A stretch of DNA of 5,496 nucleotides from a virus (taxonomy: Duplodnaviria > Heunggongvirae > Uroviricota > Caudoviricetes), in IMG/VR virus record IMGVR_UViG_2698536476_000006. One strand, given 5' to 3'. The translations under genes were made by a program, and so were the position numbers. Under the pieces are notes generated by a model. That model searched no databases. It was not told the origin of the DNA and saw nothing but the letters and a program-made list of their open reading frames with translations. Below are positions 1-5,496 of the stretch, one piece after another. Numbering within the stretch: position 1 is the first letter of the stretch; every line of letters starts with the position of its first letter.

Positions 1-117
1 GATGGAAATGGTCAGGAAGGATGGCCTCCAATGGATGGTAGTGAAGGAATAAGAATTACCGATATCGATACATCAGGAATATTTGATTCAGATGATATGA
101 CTATCAAGGCCGCCTGA
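1..117 (+). CDS. 3' end of upstream early-left gene (lambda ea10-like); 5' end lies outside the window
   Basis: Frame 1 is open from the window edge to TGA at 115-117 and translates to ...DGNGQEGWPPMDGSEGIRITDIDTSGIFDSDDMTIKAA*. It sits immediately upstream of cIII, where lambda has ea10. The identification rests on position and recollection only. Confidence 0.45.
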   Translation, partial: DGNGQEGWPPMDGSEGIRITDIDTSGIFDSDDMTIKAA

Positions 118-177
118 GCGCGGCGTTACCGCATACCAATTACGCTTCACTCGAGGCGTTTTTCGTTATGTATAAAT

Positions 178-183
178 AAGGAG
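178..183 (+). promoter_or_regulatory. Shine-Dalgarno sequence of cIII
   Basis: AAGGAG lies 6 nt upstream of the cIII ATG at 190. Confidence 0.7.
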
Positions 184-189
184 CACACC

Positions 190-354
190 ATGCAATATGC
201 CATTGCAGGGTGGCCTGTTGCTGGCTGCCCTTCCGAATCTTTACTTGAACGAATCACCCGTAAATTACGTGACGGATGGAAACGCCTTATCGACATACTT
301 AATCAGCCAGGAGTCCCAAAAAATGGATCAAACAATTATGGCTATCCAGACTAA
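190..354 (+). CDS. cIII: CIII, protease (FtsH/HflB) inhibitor that stabilises CII; 54 aa
   Basis: ATG at 190 follows a strong Shine-Dalgarno AAGGAG (178-183) with 6-nt spacing. Translation [53 protein letters not shown] matches my recollection of lambda CIII. It is below the ORF-track size cutoff and in a different frame from the 197..466 track ORF. Confidence 0.92.
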   Translation: MQYAIAGWPVAGCPSESLLERITRKLRDGWKRLIDILNQPGVPKNGSNNYGYPD

Positions 355-466
355 ATTCACTATCGCCACTTTTATTGGCGATGAAAAGATGTTTCGTGAG
401 GCCGTCGACGCTTATAAAAAATGGATATTAATACTGAAACTGAGATCAAGCAAAAGCATTCACTAA
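323..466 (+). CDS. kil: Kil, host-killing / FtsZ-ring inhibitor; 47 aa
   Basis: The C-terminal 47 codons of track ORF 197..466 ([47 protein letters not shown]) start at ATG 323, preceded by AGGAG. It overlaps the 3' end of cIII out of frame and the 5' end of gam. Matches lambda Kil from memory. Confidence 0.85.
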   Translation: MDQTIMAIQTKFTIATFIGDEKMFREAVDAYKKWILILKLRSSKSIH

Positions 467-837
467 CCCCCTTTCCTGTTTTCCTAATCAGCCCGGCATT
501 TCGCGGGCGATATTTTCACAGCTATTTCAGGAGTTCGGCCATGAACGCTTATTACATTCAGGATCGTCTTGAGGCTCAGAGCTGGGCGCGTCACTACCAG
601 CAGATAGCCCGTGAAGAGAAAGAGGCAGAACTGGCAGACGACATGGAAAAAGGCCTGCCCCAGCACCTGTTTGAATCGCTATGCATCGGTCATTTGCAAC
701 GCCACGGGGCCAGCAAAAAAGCCATTACCCGTGCGTTTGATGACGATGTTGAGTTTCAGGAGCGCATGGCAGAACACATCCGGTACATGGTTGAAACCAT
801 TGCTCACCATCAGGTTGATATTGATTCAGAGGTATAA
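421..837 (+). CDS. gam: Gam, RecBCD nuclease inhibitor (138-aa annotated form; internal start at 541 gives the 98-aa form)
   Basis: The track ORF translation ([18 protein letters not shown]...[10 protein letters not shown]) matches lambda Gam. The ATG at 421 has no obvious SD, whereas the in-frame ATG at 541 ([13 protein letters not shown]...) is preceded by AGGAG (529-533), so the short form is probably the main translation product. Confidence 0.95.
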   Translation: MDINTETEIKQKHSLTPFPVFLISPAFRGRYFHSYFRSSAMNAYYIQDRLEAQSWARHYQQIAREEKEAELADDMEKGLPQHLFESLCIGHLQRHGASKKAITRAFDDDVEFQERMAEHIRYMVETIAHHQVDIDSEV

Positions 838-842
838 AACGG

Positions 843-1628
843 ATGAGTACAGCACTCGCAACGCTGGCAGGGAAGCTGGCTGAACGTGTCGGCATGGATT
901 CTGTCGACCCACAGGAACTGATCACCACTCTTCGCCAGACGGCATTTAAAGGCGATGCCAGCGATGCGCAGTTCATCGCATTGTTGATCGTCGCCAACCA
1001 GTACGGCCTTAATCCGTGGACGAAAGAAATTTACGCCTTCCCTGATAAGCAGAACGGCATCGTTCCGGTGGTGGGCGTTGATGGCTGGTCCCGCATCATC
1101 AATGAAAACCAGCAGTTTGATGGCATGGACTTTGAGCAGGACAATGAATCCTGTACATGCCGGATTTACCGCAAGGACCGTAATCATCCGATCTGCGTTA
1201 CCGAATGGATGGATGAATGCCGCCGCGAACCATTCAAAACCCGCGAAGGCAGAGAAATCACGGGGCCGTGGCAGTCGCATCCTAAACGGATGTTACGGCA
1301 TAAAGCTATGATTCAGTGTGCCCGTCTGGCCTTCGGATTTGCTGGTATCTATGACAAGGATGAAGCCGAGCGCATTGTCGAAAATACTGCATACACTGCA
1401 GAACGCCAGCCGGAACGCGACATCACTCCGGTTAACGATGAAACCATGCAGGAGATTAACACTCTGCTAATCGCCCTGGATAAAACATGGGATGACGACT
1501 TATTGCCGCTCTGTTCCCAGATATTTCGCCGCGACATTCGCGCATCGTCAGAACTGACACAGGCCGAAGCAGTGAAAGCTCTTGGATTCCTGAAACAGAA
1601 AGCCACTGAGCAGAAGGTGGCAGCATGA
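843..1628 (+). CDS. bet: Bet (Red-beta), single-strand annealing protein; 261 aa
   Basis: Track ORF translation [66 protein letters not shown]... matches lambda Bet. It starts 5 nt after the gam stop and its stop overlaps the exo start (ATGA at 1625-1628). Confidence 0.97.
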   Translation: MSTALATLAGKLAERVGMDSVDPQELITTLRQTAFKGDASDAQFIALLIVANQYGLNPWTKEIYAFPDKQNGIVPVVGVDGWSRIINENQQFDGMDFEQDNESCTCRIYRKDRNHPICVTEWMDECRREPFKTREGREITGPWQSHPKRMLRHKAMIQCARLAFGFAGIYDKDEAERIVENTAYTAERQPERDITPVNDETMQEINTLLIALDKTWDDDLLPLCSQIFRRDIRASSELTQAEAVKALGFLKQKATEQKVAA

Positions 1629-2305
1629 CACCGGACATTATCCTGCAGCGTACCGGGATCGACGTGAGAGCTGTCGAACAGGGGGATGATGCGTGGCACA
1701 AATTACGGCTCGGCGTCATCACAGCTTCAGAAGTTCATAACGTAATAGCAAAACCCCGCTCCGGAAAAAAGTGGCCTGACATGAAAATGTCCTACTTCCA
1801 CACCCTGCTTGCTGAGGTTTGCACCGGTGTGGCTCCGGAAGTTAACGCTAAAGCGCTGGCCTGGGGAAAACAGTACGAGAACGACGCCAGAGCCCTGTTT
1901 GAGTTCACTTCCGGCGTGAATGTTACTGAATCACCGATCATCTATCGCGACGAAAGTATGCGTACCGCCTGCTCTCCAGATGGTTTATGCAGTGACGGCA
2001 ACGGCCTTGAACTGAAATGCCCGTTTACCTCCCGGGATTTCATGAAGTTCCGGCTCGGTGGTTTCGAGGCCATAAAGTCAGCTTACATGGCCCAGGTGCA
2101 GTACAGCATGTGGGTGACGCGAAAAGATGCCTGGTACTTTGCCAACTATGACCCGCGTATGAAGCGTGAAGGACTGCATTATGTCGTGGTTGAGCGGGAT
2201 GAAAAGTACATGGCGGGTTTTGACGAGATGGTGCCGGAGTTCATCGAAAAAATGGACGAGGCACTGGCTGAAATTGGTTTTGTATTTGGGGAGCAATGGC
2301 GATGA
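1625..2305 (+). CDS. exo: Exo (Red-alpha), 5'-3' dsDNA exonuclease; 226 aa
   Basis: Track ORF translation [73 protein letters not shown]... matches lambda exonuclease. Translationally coupled to bet. Confidence 0.97.
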   Translation: MTPDIILQRTGIDVRAVEQGDDAWHKLRLGVITASEVHNVIAKPRSGKKWPDMKMSYFHTLLAEVCTGVAPEVNAKALAWGKQYENDARALFEFTSGVNVTESPIIYRDESMRTACSPDGLCSDGNGLELKCPFTSRDFMKFRLGGFEAIKSAYMAQVQYSMWVTRKDAWYFANYDPRMKREGLHYVVVERDEKYMAGFDEMVPEFIEKMDEALAEIGFVFGEQWR

Positions 2306-2484
2306 AGCATCCTCACGATAATATCCGGGTAGGTGCGATCACTTTCGTCTACTCCGTTACAAAGCGAGGCTGGGTATTTCCCGACCTTTCTGTTATCCAA
2401 AATCCACTGAAAGCCCAGCGGCTGGCTGAGGAGATAAATAATAAACGAGGGGCTGTATGCACAAAGCATCTCCTGTTGAGTTAA
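2302..2484 (+). CDS. Small early-left protein, lambda orf60a-like; 60 aa (alternative start at 2296 gives 62 aa)
   Basis: ATG at 2302 overlaps the exo stop (ATGA). Translation [60 protein letters not shown]. Position and size match lambda orf60a. Confidence 0.7.
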   Translation: MKHPHDNIRVGAITFVYSVTKRGWVFPDLSVIQNPLKAQRLAEEINNKRGAVCTKHLLLS

Positions 2485-2648
2485 GAACGAGCATTGAGAT
2501 GGCACATAGCCTTGCTCAAATTGGAGTCAGGTTTGTGCCAATACCAGTAGAAACAGACGAAGAATTTCATACGTTAGCCACATCCCTTTCACAAAAGCTG
2601 GAAATGATGGTGGCGAAAGCAGAAGCAGATGAGAGAGACCAGGTATGA
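2457..2648 (+). CDS. Small early-left protein, lambda orf63-like; 63 aa
   Basis: Track [66 protein letters not shown]. It overlaps the 3' end of the previous gene by 28 nt, as lambda orf63 overlaps orf60a. Confidence 0.7.
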   Translation: MHKASPVELRTSIEMAHSLAQIGVRFVPIPVETDEEFHTLATSLSQKLEMMVAKAEADERDQV

Positions 2649-2658
2649 CAACCACTGA

Positions 2659-2940
2659 ATGCATTTTTCTGGCAGCGGGCTTCATATTCTGTGTGCTTAT
2701 GCTTGCCGACATGGGGCTTGTTCAGTGACACCTCAGCAAGAAAACGCCCTTCGCAGCATTGCCCGTCAGGCTAATTCTGAAATCAAAAAAGCCAGACAGC
2801 AGTTTCCGGATAAAAACGTCGATGACATTTGCCGTAGCGTACTGAAGAAGCACCGCGAAACGGTAACGCTGATGGGATTCACACCGACTCATTTAAGCCT
2901 GGCGATCGGCATGTTAAACGGCGTCTTTAAGGAACGGTGA
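2659..2940 (+). CDS. Hypothetical protein; start uncertain (ATG 2659 gives 93 aa; GTG 2725 gives 71 aa)
   Basis: Track ORF ...TPQQENALRSIARQANSEIKKARQQFPDKNVDDICRSVLKKHRETVTLMGFTPTHLSLAIGMLNGVFKER. No convincing SD before 2659; a weak GGGG lies about 9 nt before the GTG at 2725. A competing 27-aa hydrophobic ORF (2645..2728) overlaps its 5' part in another frame. I could not match it to a lambda gene. Confidence 0.4.
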   Translation: MHFSGSGLHILCAYACRHGACSVTPQQENALRSIARQANSEIKKARQQFPDKNVDDICRSVLKKHRETVTLMGFTPTHLSLAIGMLNGVFKER

Positions 2941-3038
2941 GCATGAAAAGCAAAATCATCAGGGAGCTACAGGCTCCTTTTTTATTGTTCGCATTCACCC
3001 TCAAGCGTATTAACCAACAATTCAGGGATTAATGGAAG

Positions 3039-3260
3039 ATGGCAGACATCATTGATTCAGCATCAGAAATTGAAGAATTACAGCGCAACACAGCAATAAA
3101 AATGCGCCGCCTGAACCACCAGGCTATATCTGCCACTCATTGTTGTGAGTGTGGCGATCCCATAGATGAGCGAAGACGCCTGGCCGTTCAGGGTTGTCGG
3201 ACTTGTGCAAGTTGCCAGGAGGATCTGGAACTTATCAGTAAACAGAGAGGTTCGAAGTGA
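3039..3260 (+). CDS. TraR/DksA-family C4-type zinc-finger protein; 73 aa
   Basis: Translation MADIIDSASEIEELQRNTAIKMRRLNHQAISATHCCECGDPIDERRRLAVQGCRTCASCQEDLELISKQRGSK contains CxxC-(14 residues)-CxxC. Size and layout resemble F-plasmid TraR (73 aa), which has the same type of C4 motif with a slightly longer spacer. Confidence 0.75.
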   Translation: MADIIDSASEIEELQRNTAIKMRRLNHQAISATHCCECGDPIDERRRLAVQGCRTCASCQEDLELISKQRGSK

Positions 3261-3412
3261 GCGAAATTAACTAGAAGCCAAAGATAAAATCATCGCTGAG
3301 CAGGAGAAAATCGCTAACGGAGAAAAGACAGTAAGTCAGTATATGAAAACCGCATGATATCATCAGATAAAAATCGATCGTAAAGCGAAATATTAATACC
3401 AGAATAAACGAG

Positions 3413-3436
3413 TCGAGGTAAATTATATTACCTCGA
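3413..3436 (-). terminator. Candidate hairpin terminator downstream of the minus-strand membrane-protein gene
   Basis: Perfect inverted repeat TCGAGGTA (3413-3420) / TACCTCGA (3429-3436) around an AT loop. On the minus strand it is followed by CTCGTTTATT, a weak U tract. It lies 35 nt beyond the stop codon of the 3471..4073 gene. Confidence 0.35.
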
Positions 3437-3470
3437 TAAATTAACTAAAACTTGCCCGCTATATACTATC

Positions 3471-4073
3471 TCATTCAGTATCATCACGCGCGGTCTGTGC
3501 ATATGTTACTACCGCACCTAATGTATTAATTTTCTTTTCAACATAGATAATATTATCGTACTCATAATTGCCATACGGATAGCAAATGCGAATATTCTCA
3601 TGTAGATCGGGGTCATCCACCTCAGCTCCAGAACAACTTTTTGAACTACCGGAAGTATACCGATACGGTGCAACATAAGACGATGTCTCTCCAGGCAAAA
3701 AATAAGTTAGTGTTGTAAGGGGTATAATCAGAAAAAATCCAGCAAATATGCACATCCCTGCATAAACCTTAAGGTATGCTGACAGACTCTTCCAGCCGCT
3801 TTGTTTTACTATCCCCTTCTTAACCCAAAACAGAGATAACAGAAAAGCTATTCCCATGCTAAACAGAATGTAATAGTGGGATATACTCTGATTAAGAAAC
3901 GTGACCCTGTAAATATCTGCCCGCCACCAGAAGAAAAGGAAAATAAAGATCAGGCCTGAAACTGTCATGCAAATCAAATAAGGATACGAATCTTTTTTCA
4001 TGTTTAGCGTCCATAAAATTTTTCCTGCCCCGGACAAATTTACCATCCATTTTTTGCGCAGAAAATAGCTCAT
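3471..4073 (-). CDS. Hypothetical integral membrane protein (about 3 predicted TM helices plus a roughly 70-aa Cys-containing C-terminal domain); moron-like cargo gene, start codon uncertain
   Basis: The only long minus-strand ORF not shadowing a recognised gene. Hydrophobic stretches YLICMTVSGLIFIFLFFWW, HYYILFSMGIAFLLSLFWV and MCIFAGFFLIIPLTTLTYFL, followed by a polar C-terminus ...SKSCSGAEVDDPDLHENIRICYPYGNYEYDNIIYVEKKINTLGAVVTYAQTARDDTE. Candidate starts are ATG at 4073, 4046 or 4001 (MKKDSYPYL...); none has a strong SD. The gene is visibly AT-rich relative to the flanking recombination genes and antisense to the operon. Confidence 0.6.
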   Translation of the reverse strand: MSYFLRKKWMVNLSGAGKILWTLNMKKDSYPYLICMTVSGLIFIFLFFWWRADIYRVTFLNQSISHYYILFSMGIAFLLSLFWVKKGIVKQSGWKSLSAYLKVYAGMCIFAGFFLIIPLTTLTYFLPGETSSYVAPYRYTSGSSKSCSGAEVDDPDLHENIRICYPYGNYEYDNIIYVEKKINTLGAVVTYAQTARDDTE

Positions 4074-4245
4074 TACTTACTGCACAATAATACACAAAAT
4101 TGCGTAAATTTTTTGCATGGATTTTAGCTCTTTCAGCCGACGTTTAAGGGGTAAATAGCATTTCCTAAAAGCAACTGCACCAACCCAACAGAATGAGCTA
4201 CCGCTTACGTTGAGAGCAAAAAAGTGTATAGCAGCAATGAACAGC

Positions 4246-4272
4246 ATCCTCGCACTGACGAGGATTTCTTTT
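4246..4272 (+). terminator. Intrinsic (rho-independent) terminator-like hairpin
   Basis: ATCCTCG (4246-4252), loop CACTGA, CGAGGAT (4259-4265) form a perfect 7-bp stem, followed by TTCTTTT (4266-4272). Confidence 0.5.
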
Positions 4273-4315
4273 ATCTGAACTCGCTACGGCGGGTTTTGTT
4301 TTATGGAGATGATAA

Positions 4316-4483
4316 ATGCACTTCCGAGTCACAGGTGAATGGAATGGAGAACCATTCAACAGAGTTATCGAAGCAGAGAACATCAATGACTGCTATGACC
4401 ACTGGATGATATGGGCGCAGATAGCACATGCAGACATAACCAATATTCGAATTGAAGAACTGAAAGAACACCAAGCCGCCTGA
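4316..4483 (+). CDS. Hypothetical small protein, 55 aa, immediately upstream of xis
   Basis: ATG at 4316 is preceded by GGAG (4304-4307). Translation MHFRVTGEWNGEPFNRVIEAENINDCYDHWMIWAQIAHADITNIREELKEHQAA-like (55 codons). The TGA stop (4481-4483) sits in the loop of the downstream terminator hairpin. Below the ORF-track cutoff; the overlapping 61-aa track ORF 4224..4409 in another frame has no SD and is less plausible. Confidence 0.45.
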   Translation: MHFRVTGEWNGEPFNRVIEAENINDCYDHWMIWAQIAHADITNIRIEELKEHQAA

Positions 4484-4498
4484 TGGCGGCTTTTTCTT
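4473..4498 (+). terminator. Intrinsic terminator between the 55-aa ORF and xis
   Basis: GCCGCC (4475-4480), loop TGAT, GGCGGC (4485-4490), then TTTTT (4491-4495); flanking A/T could extend the stem to 8 bp. Classic GC-rich stem plus U tract. Confidence 0.6.
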
Positions 4499-4522
4499 GC
4501 GTGTAATTGCGGAGACTTTGCG

Positions 4523-4741
4523 ATGTACTTGACACTTCAGGAGTGGAACGCACGCCAGCGACGCCCAAGAAGCCTTGAAACAGTTCGTCGATGGGTGCGC
4601 GAATGCAGGATATTCCCTCCTCCGGTTAAGGATGGAAGAGAGTATCTGTTCCACGAATCAGCGGTAAAGGTTGACTTAAATCGACCAGTAACAGGTAGCC
4701 TTTTGAAGAGGATCAGAAATGGGAAGAAGGCGAAGTCATGA
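4523..4741 (+). CDS. xis: Xis, excisionase (recombination directionality factor); 72 aa
   Basis: Track ORF MYLTLQEWNARQRRPRSLETVRRWVRECRIFPPPVKDGREYLFHESAVKVDLNRPVTGSLLKRIRNGKKAKS matches lambda Xis. GGAG (4511-4514) lies 8 nt upstream. The 3' end overlaps the int start by 23 nt. Confidence 0.95.
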   Translation: MYLTLQEWNARQRRPRSLETVRRWVRECRIFPPPVKDGREYLFHESAVKVDLNRPVTGSLLKRIRNGKKAKS

Positions 4742-5337
4742 GCGCCGGGATTTACCCCCTAACCTTTATATAAGAAACAATGGATATTACTGCTACAGGG
4801 ACCCAAGGACGGGTAAAGAGTTTGGTTTAGGCCGAGACAGGAGGATAGCAATCACTGAAGCAATACAGGCCAATATTGAGTTATTTTCAGGACACAAACA
4901 CAAGCCTCTGACAGCGAGAATCAACAGTGATAATTCTGTTACGTTACATTCATGGCTTGATCGCTACGAAAAAATCCTCGCCAGCAGAGGAATCAAGCAG
5001 AAGACACTCATAAATTACATGAGCAAAATTAAAGCAATAAGGAGGGGGCTGCCTGATGCTCCACTTGAAGACATCACCACAAAAGAAATTGCGGCAATGC
5101 TCAATGGATACATAGACGAGGGCAAGGCGGCGTCAGCCAAGTTAATCAGATCAACACTGAGCGATGCATTCCGAGAGGCAATAGCTGAAGGCCATATAAC
5201 AACAAACCCGGTCGCTGCCACTCGCGCAGCAAAATCAGAGGTAAGGAGATCAAGACTTACGGCTGACGAATACCTGAAAATTTATCAAGCAGCAGAATCA
5301 TCACCATGTTGGCTCAGACTTGCAATGGAACTGGCTG
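4719..5337 (+). pseudogene. int: Integrase (lambda Int, tyrosine recombinase) interrupted at codon 207 by an IS insertion; only the N-terminal arm-binding and core-binding portion is contiguous
   Basis: From ATG 4719 the translation MGRRRSHERRDLPPNLYIRNNGYYCYRDPRTGKEFGLGRDRRIAITEAIQANIELFSGHKHKPLTARINSDNSVTLHSWLDRYEKILASRGIKQKTLINYMSKIKAIRRGLPDAPLEDITTKEIAAMLNGYIDEGKAASAKLIRSTLSDAFREAIAEGHITTN.VAATRAAKSEVRRSRLTADEYLKIYQAAESSPCWLRLAMELA matches lambda Int residues 1-206. From about 5338 the sequence becomes the IS terminal repeat, and the expected VTGQR(212)VGDL is absent. Confidence 0.9.
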
Positions 5338-5496
5338 TGAACCGCCCCGGGTTTCCTGGAGAGTGTTTTATCTGTGAACTCAGGCTGCCAGATCATCGTT
5401 TCCGATGGAAGCATAATAAGCTTTTTCTGCTTCTGCCGGGGGAGTATGGCCCAGCCTTTCCAGCAATCGTCGATTGTTATACCAGTCCACCCACGT
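5338..5496 (-). mobile_element. Terminal 159 bp of an IS3-family insertion sequence (IS629/IS1203-like), transposase on the minus strand; element continues beyond the window
   Basis: The sequence starts with TGAACCGCCCCGGG, which I recall as the IS629-type terminal inverted repeat. The reverse complement encodes the C-terminus of an IS3-family OrfB transposase. The boundary is ambiguous by 1-2 bp because of shared bases with int. Confidence 0.85.
5380..5496 (-). CDS. 3' end (last 38 codons) of IS3-family transposase OrfB; 5' part outside the window
   Basis: The reverse complement of 5380..5496 reads TWVDWYNNRRLLERLGHTPPAEAEKAYYASIGNDDLAA*, a typical C-terminal tail of IS3/IS629-group DDE transposases, with the stop codon 41 nt inside the IS end. 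Confidence 0.8.
   Translation of the reverse strand, partial: TWVDWYNNRRLLERLGHTPPAEAEKAYYASIGNDDLAA

Noticed and set aside
109-175. Possible terminator or RNA structure between the upstream gene and cIII (GCCGC-loop-GCGGC at 109-124; TTTTT at 160-164)
   Set aside because: The GC stem is not followed by a U tract, and the T-run is not preceded by a convincing hairpin, so I could not support an intrinsic terminator. It may be part of the known structured cIII leader, but I cannot show that from sequence.
197-466. 89-aa ORF from the six-frame track
   Set aside because: A merged artefact: its C-terminal 47 codons are kil (323..466), and the upstream part is an out-of-frame read-through of cIII (190..354, different frame, strong SD).
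484-2505. Track ORFs 484..666(-), 611..883(+), 725..997(-), 810..1280(-), 1078..1311(+), 1349..1699(-), 1456..1722(-), 2078..2296(-), 2179..2505(-)
   Set aside because: All lie inside or antisense to gam, bet, exo and orf60a, which are confidently identified. They have no SD signals and odd composition, so they are shadow ORFs.
2527-2712. 61-aa minus-strand ORF
   Set aside because: Antisense to orf63 and the downstream + strand ORF, with no ribosome-binding site; most likely spurious.
2943-3032. 29-aa ORF (MKSKIIRELQAPFLLFAFTLKRINQQFRD) between the 93-aa ORF and the TraR-like gene
   Set aside because: Too short and without supporting features beyond a weak GGTGAG upstream; cannot be supported from sequence alone.
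3892-4095. 67-aa minus-strand ORF
   Set aside because: Overlaps the 5' part of the 200-aa membrane-protein ORF in another frame; the longer hydrophobic ORF is the more coherent gene.
4074-4245. Specific -35/-10 promoter assignment for the minus-strand membrane gene or a small RNA
   Set aside because: The region is AT-rich with several near-consensus hexamers (for example TATTAT near 4086-4091 on the minus strand), but none has convincing 16-18 bp spacing to a -35 element. I note the region as a probable promoter zone and make no specific call.
4198-4654. Track ORFs 4198..4386(-), 4224..4409(+), 4301..4654(-), 4383..4568(-)
   Set aside because: They overlap each other, the terminator hairpins, the SD-led 55-aa ORF and xis. 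None has a ribosome-binding site, and the minus-strand ones are antisense to xis.
5015-5221. 68-aa minus-strand ORF
   Set aside because: Lies entirely antisense within the int coding sequence; shadow ORF.
1-5496. attP core, CRISPR repeats, tRNA genes, Chi (GCTGGTGG) sites
   Set aside because: No repeat-spacer periodicity or tRNA-like structure was seen, and no exact Chi octamer was found on either strand by eye. The att site would lie beyond the 3' end of int, which is outside the window and separated by the IS.

Overview
This window is the early-left (pL) operon of a lambda-type prophage, read in the direction of pL transcription (reverse complement of the conventional lambda map). On the + strand it carries the 3' end of an ea10-like gene, then cIII, kil, gam, bet, exo, orf60a-like, orf63-like, a mosaic segment with a TraR/DksA-type zinc-finger gene and a 55-aa ORF bracketed by two intrinsic terminators, then xis and int. 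The proteins were recognised from memory as matching phage lambda; no database search was run. Three things stand out. (1) int is cut at codon 207, five codons before the catalytic Arg212, by the terminal inverted repeat of an IS3-family element (IS629/IS1203-like) that runs off the window end, so the prophage is probably excision-defective. (2) A visibly AT-rich island at about 3.26-4.3 kb carries the only convincing minus-strand gene, a roughly 3-TM membrane protein with a Cys-containing C-terminal domain and its own terminator. It is a moron-like cargo gene and the best candidate here for an undescribed accessory function (exclusion, defence or toxin). (3) Resemblance to lambda appears to end just after orf63, marking a mosaic junction. 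No tRNA, rRNA or CRISPR array was seen.
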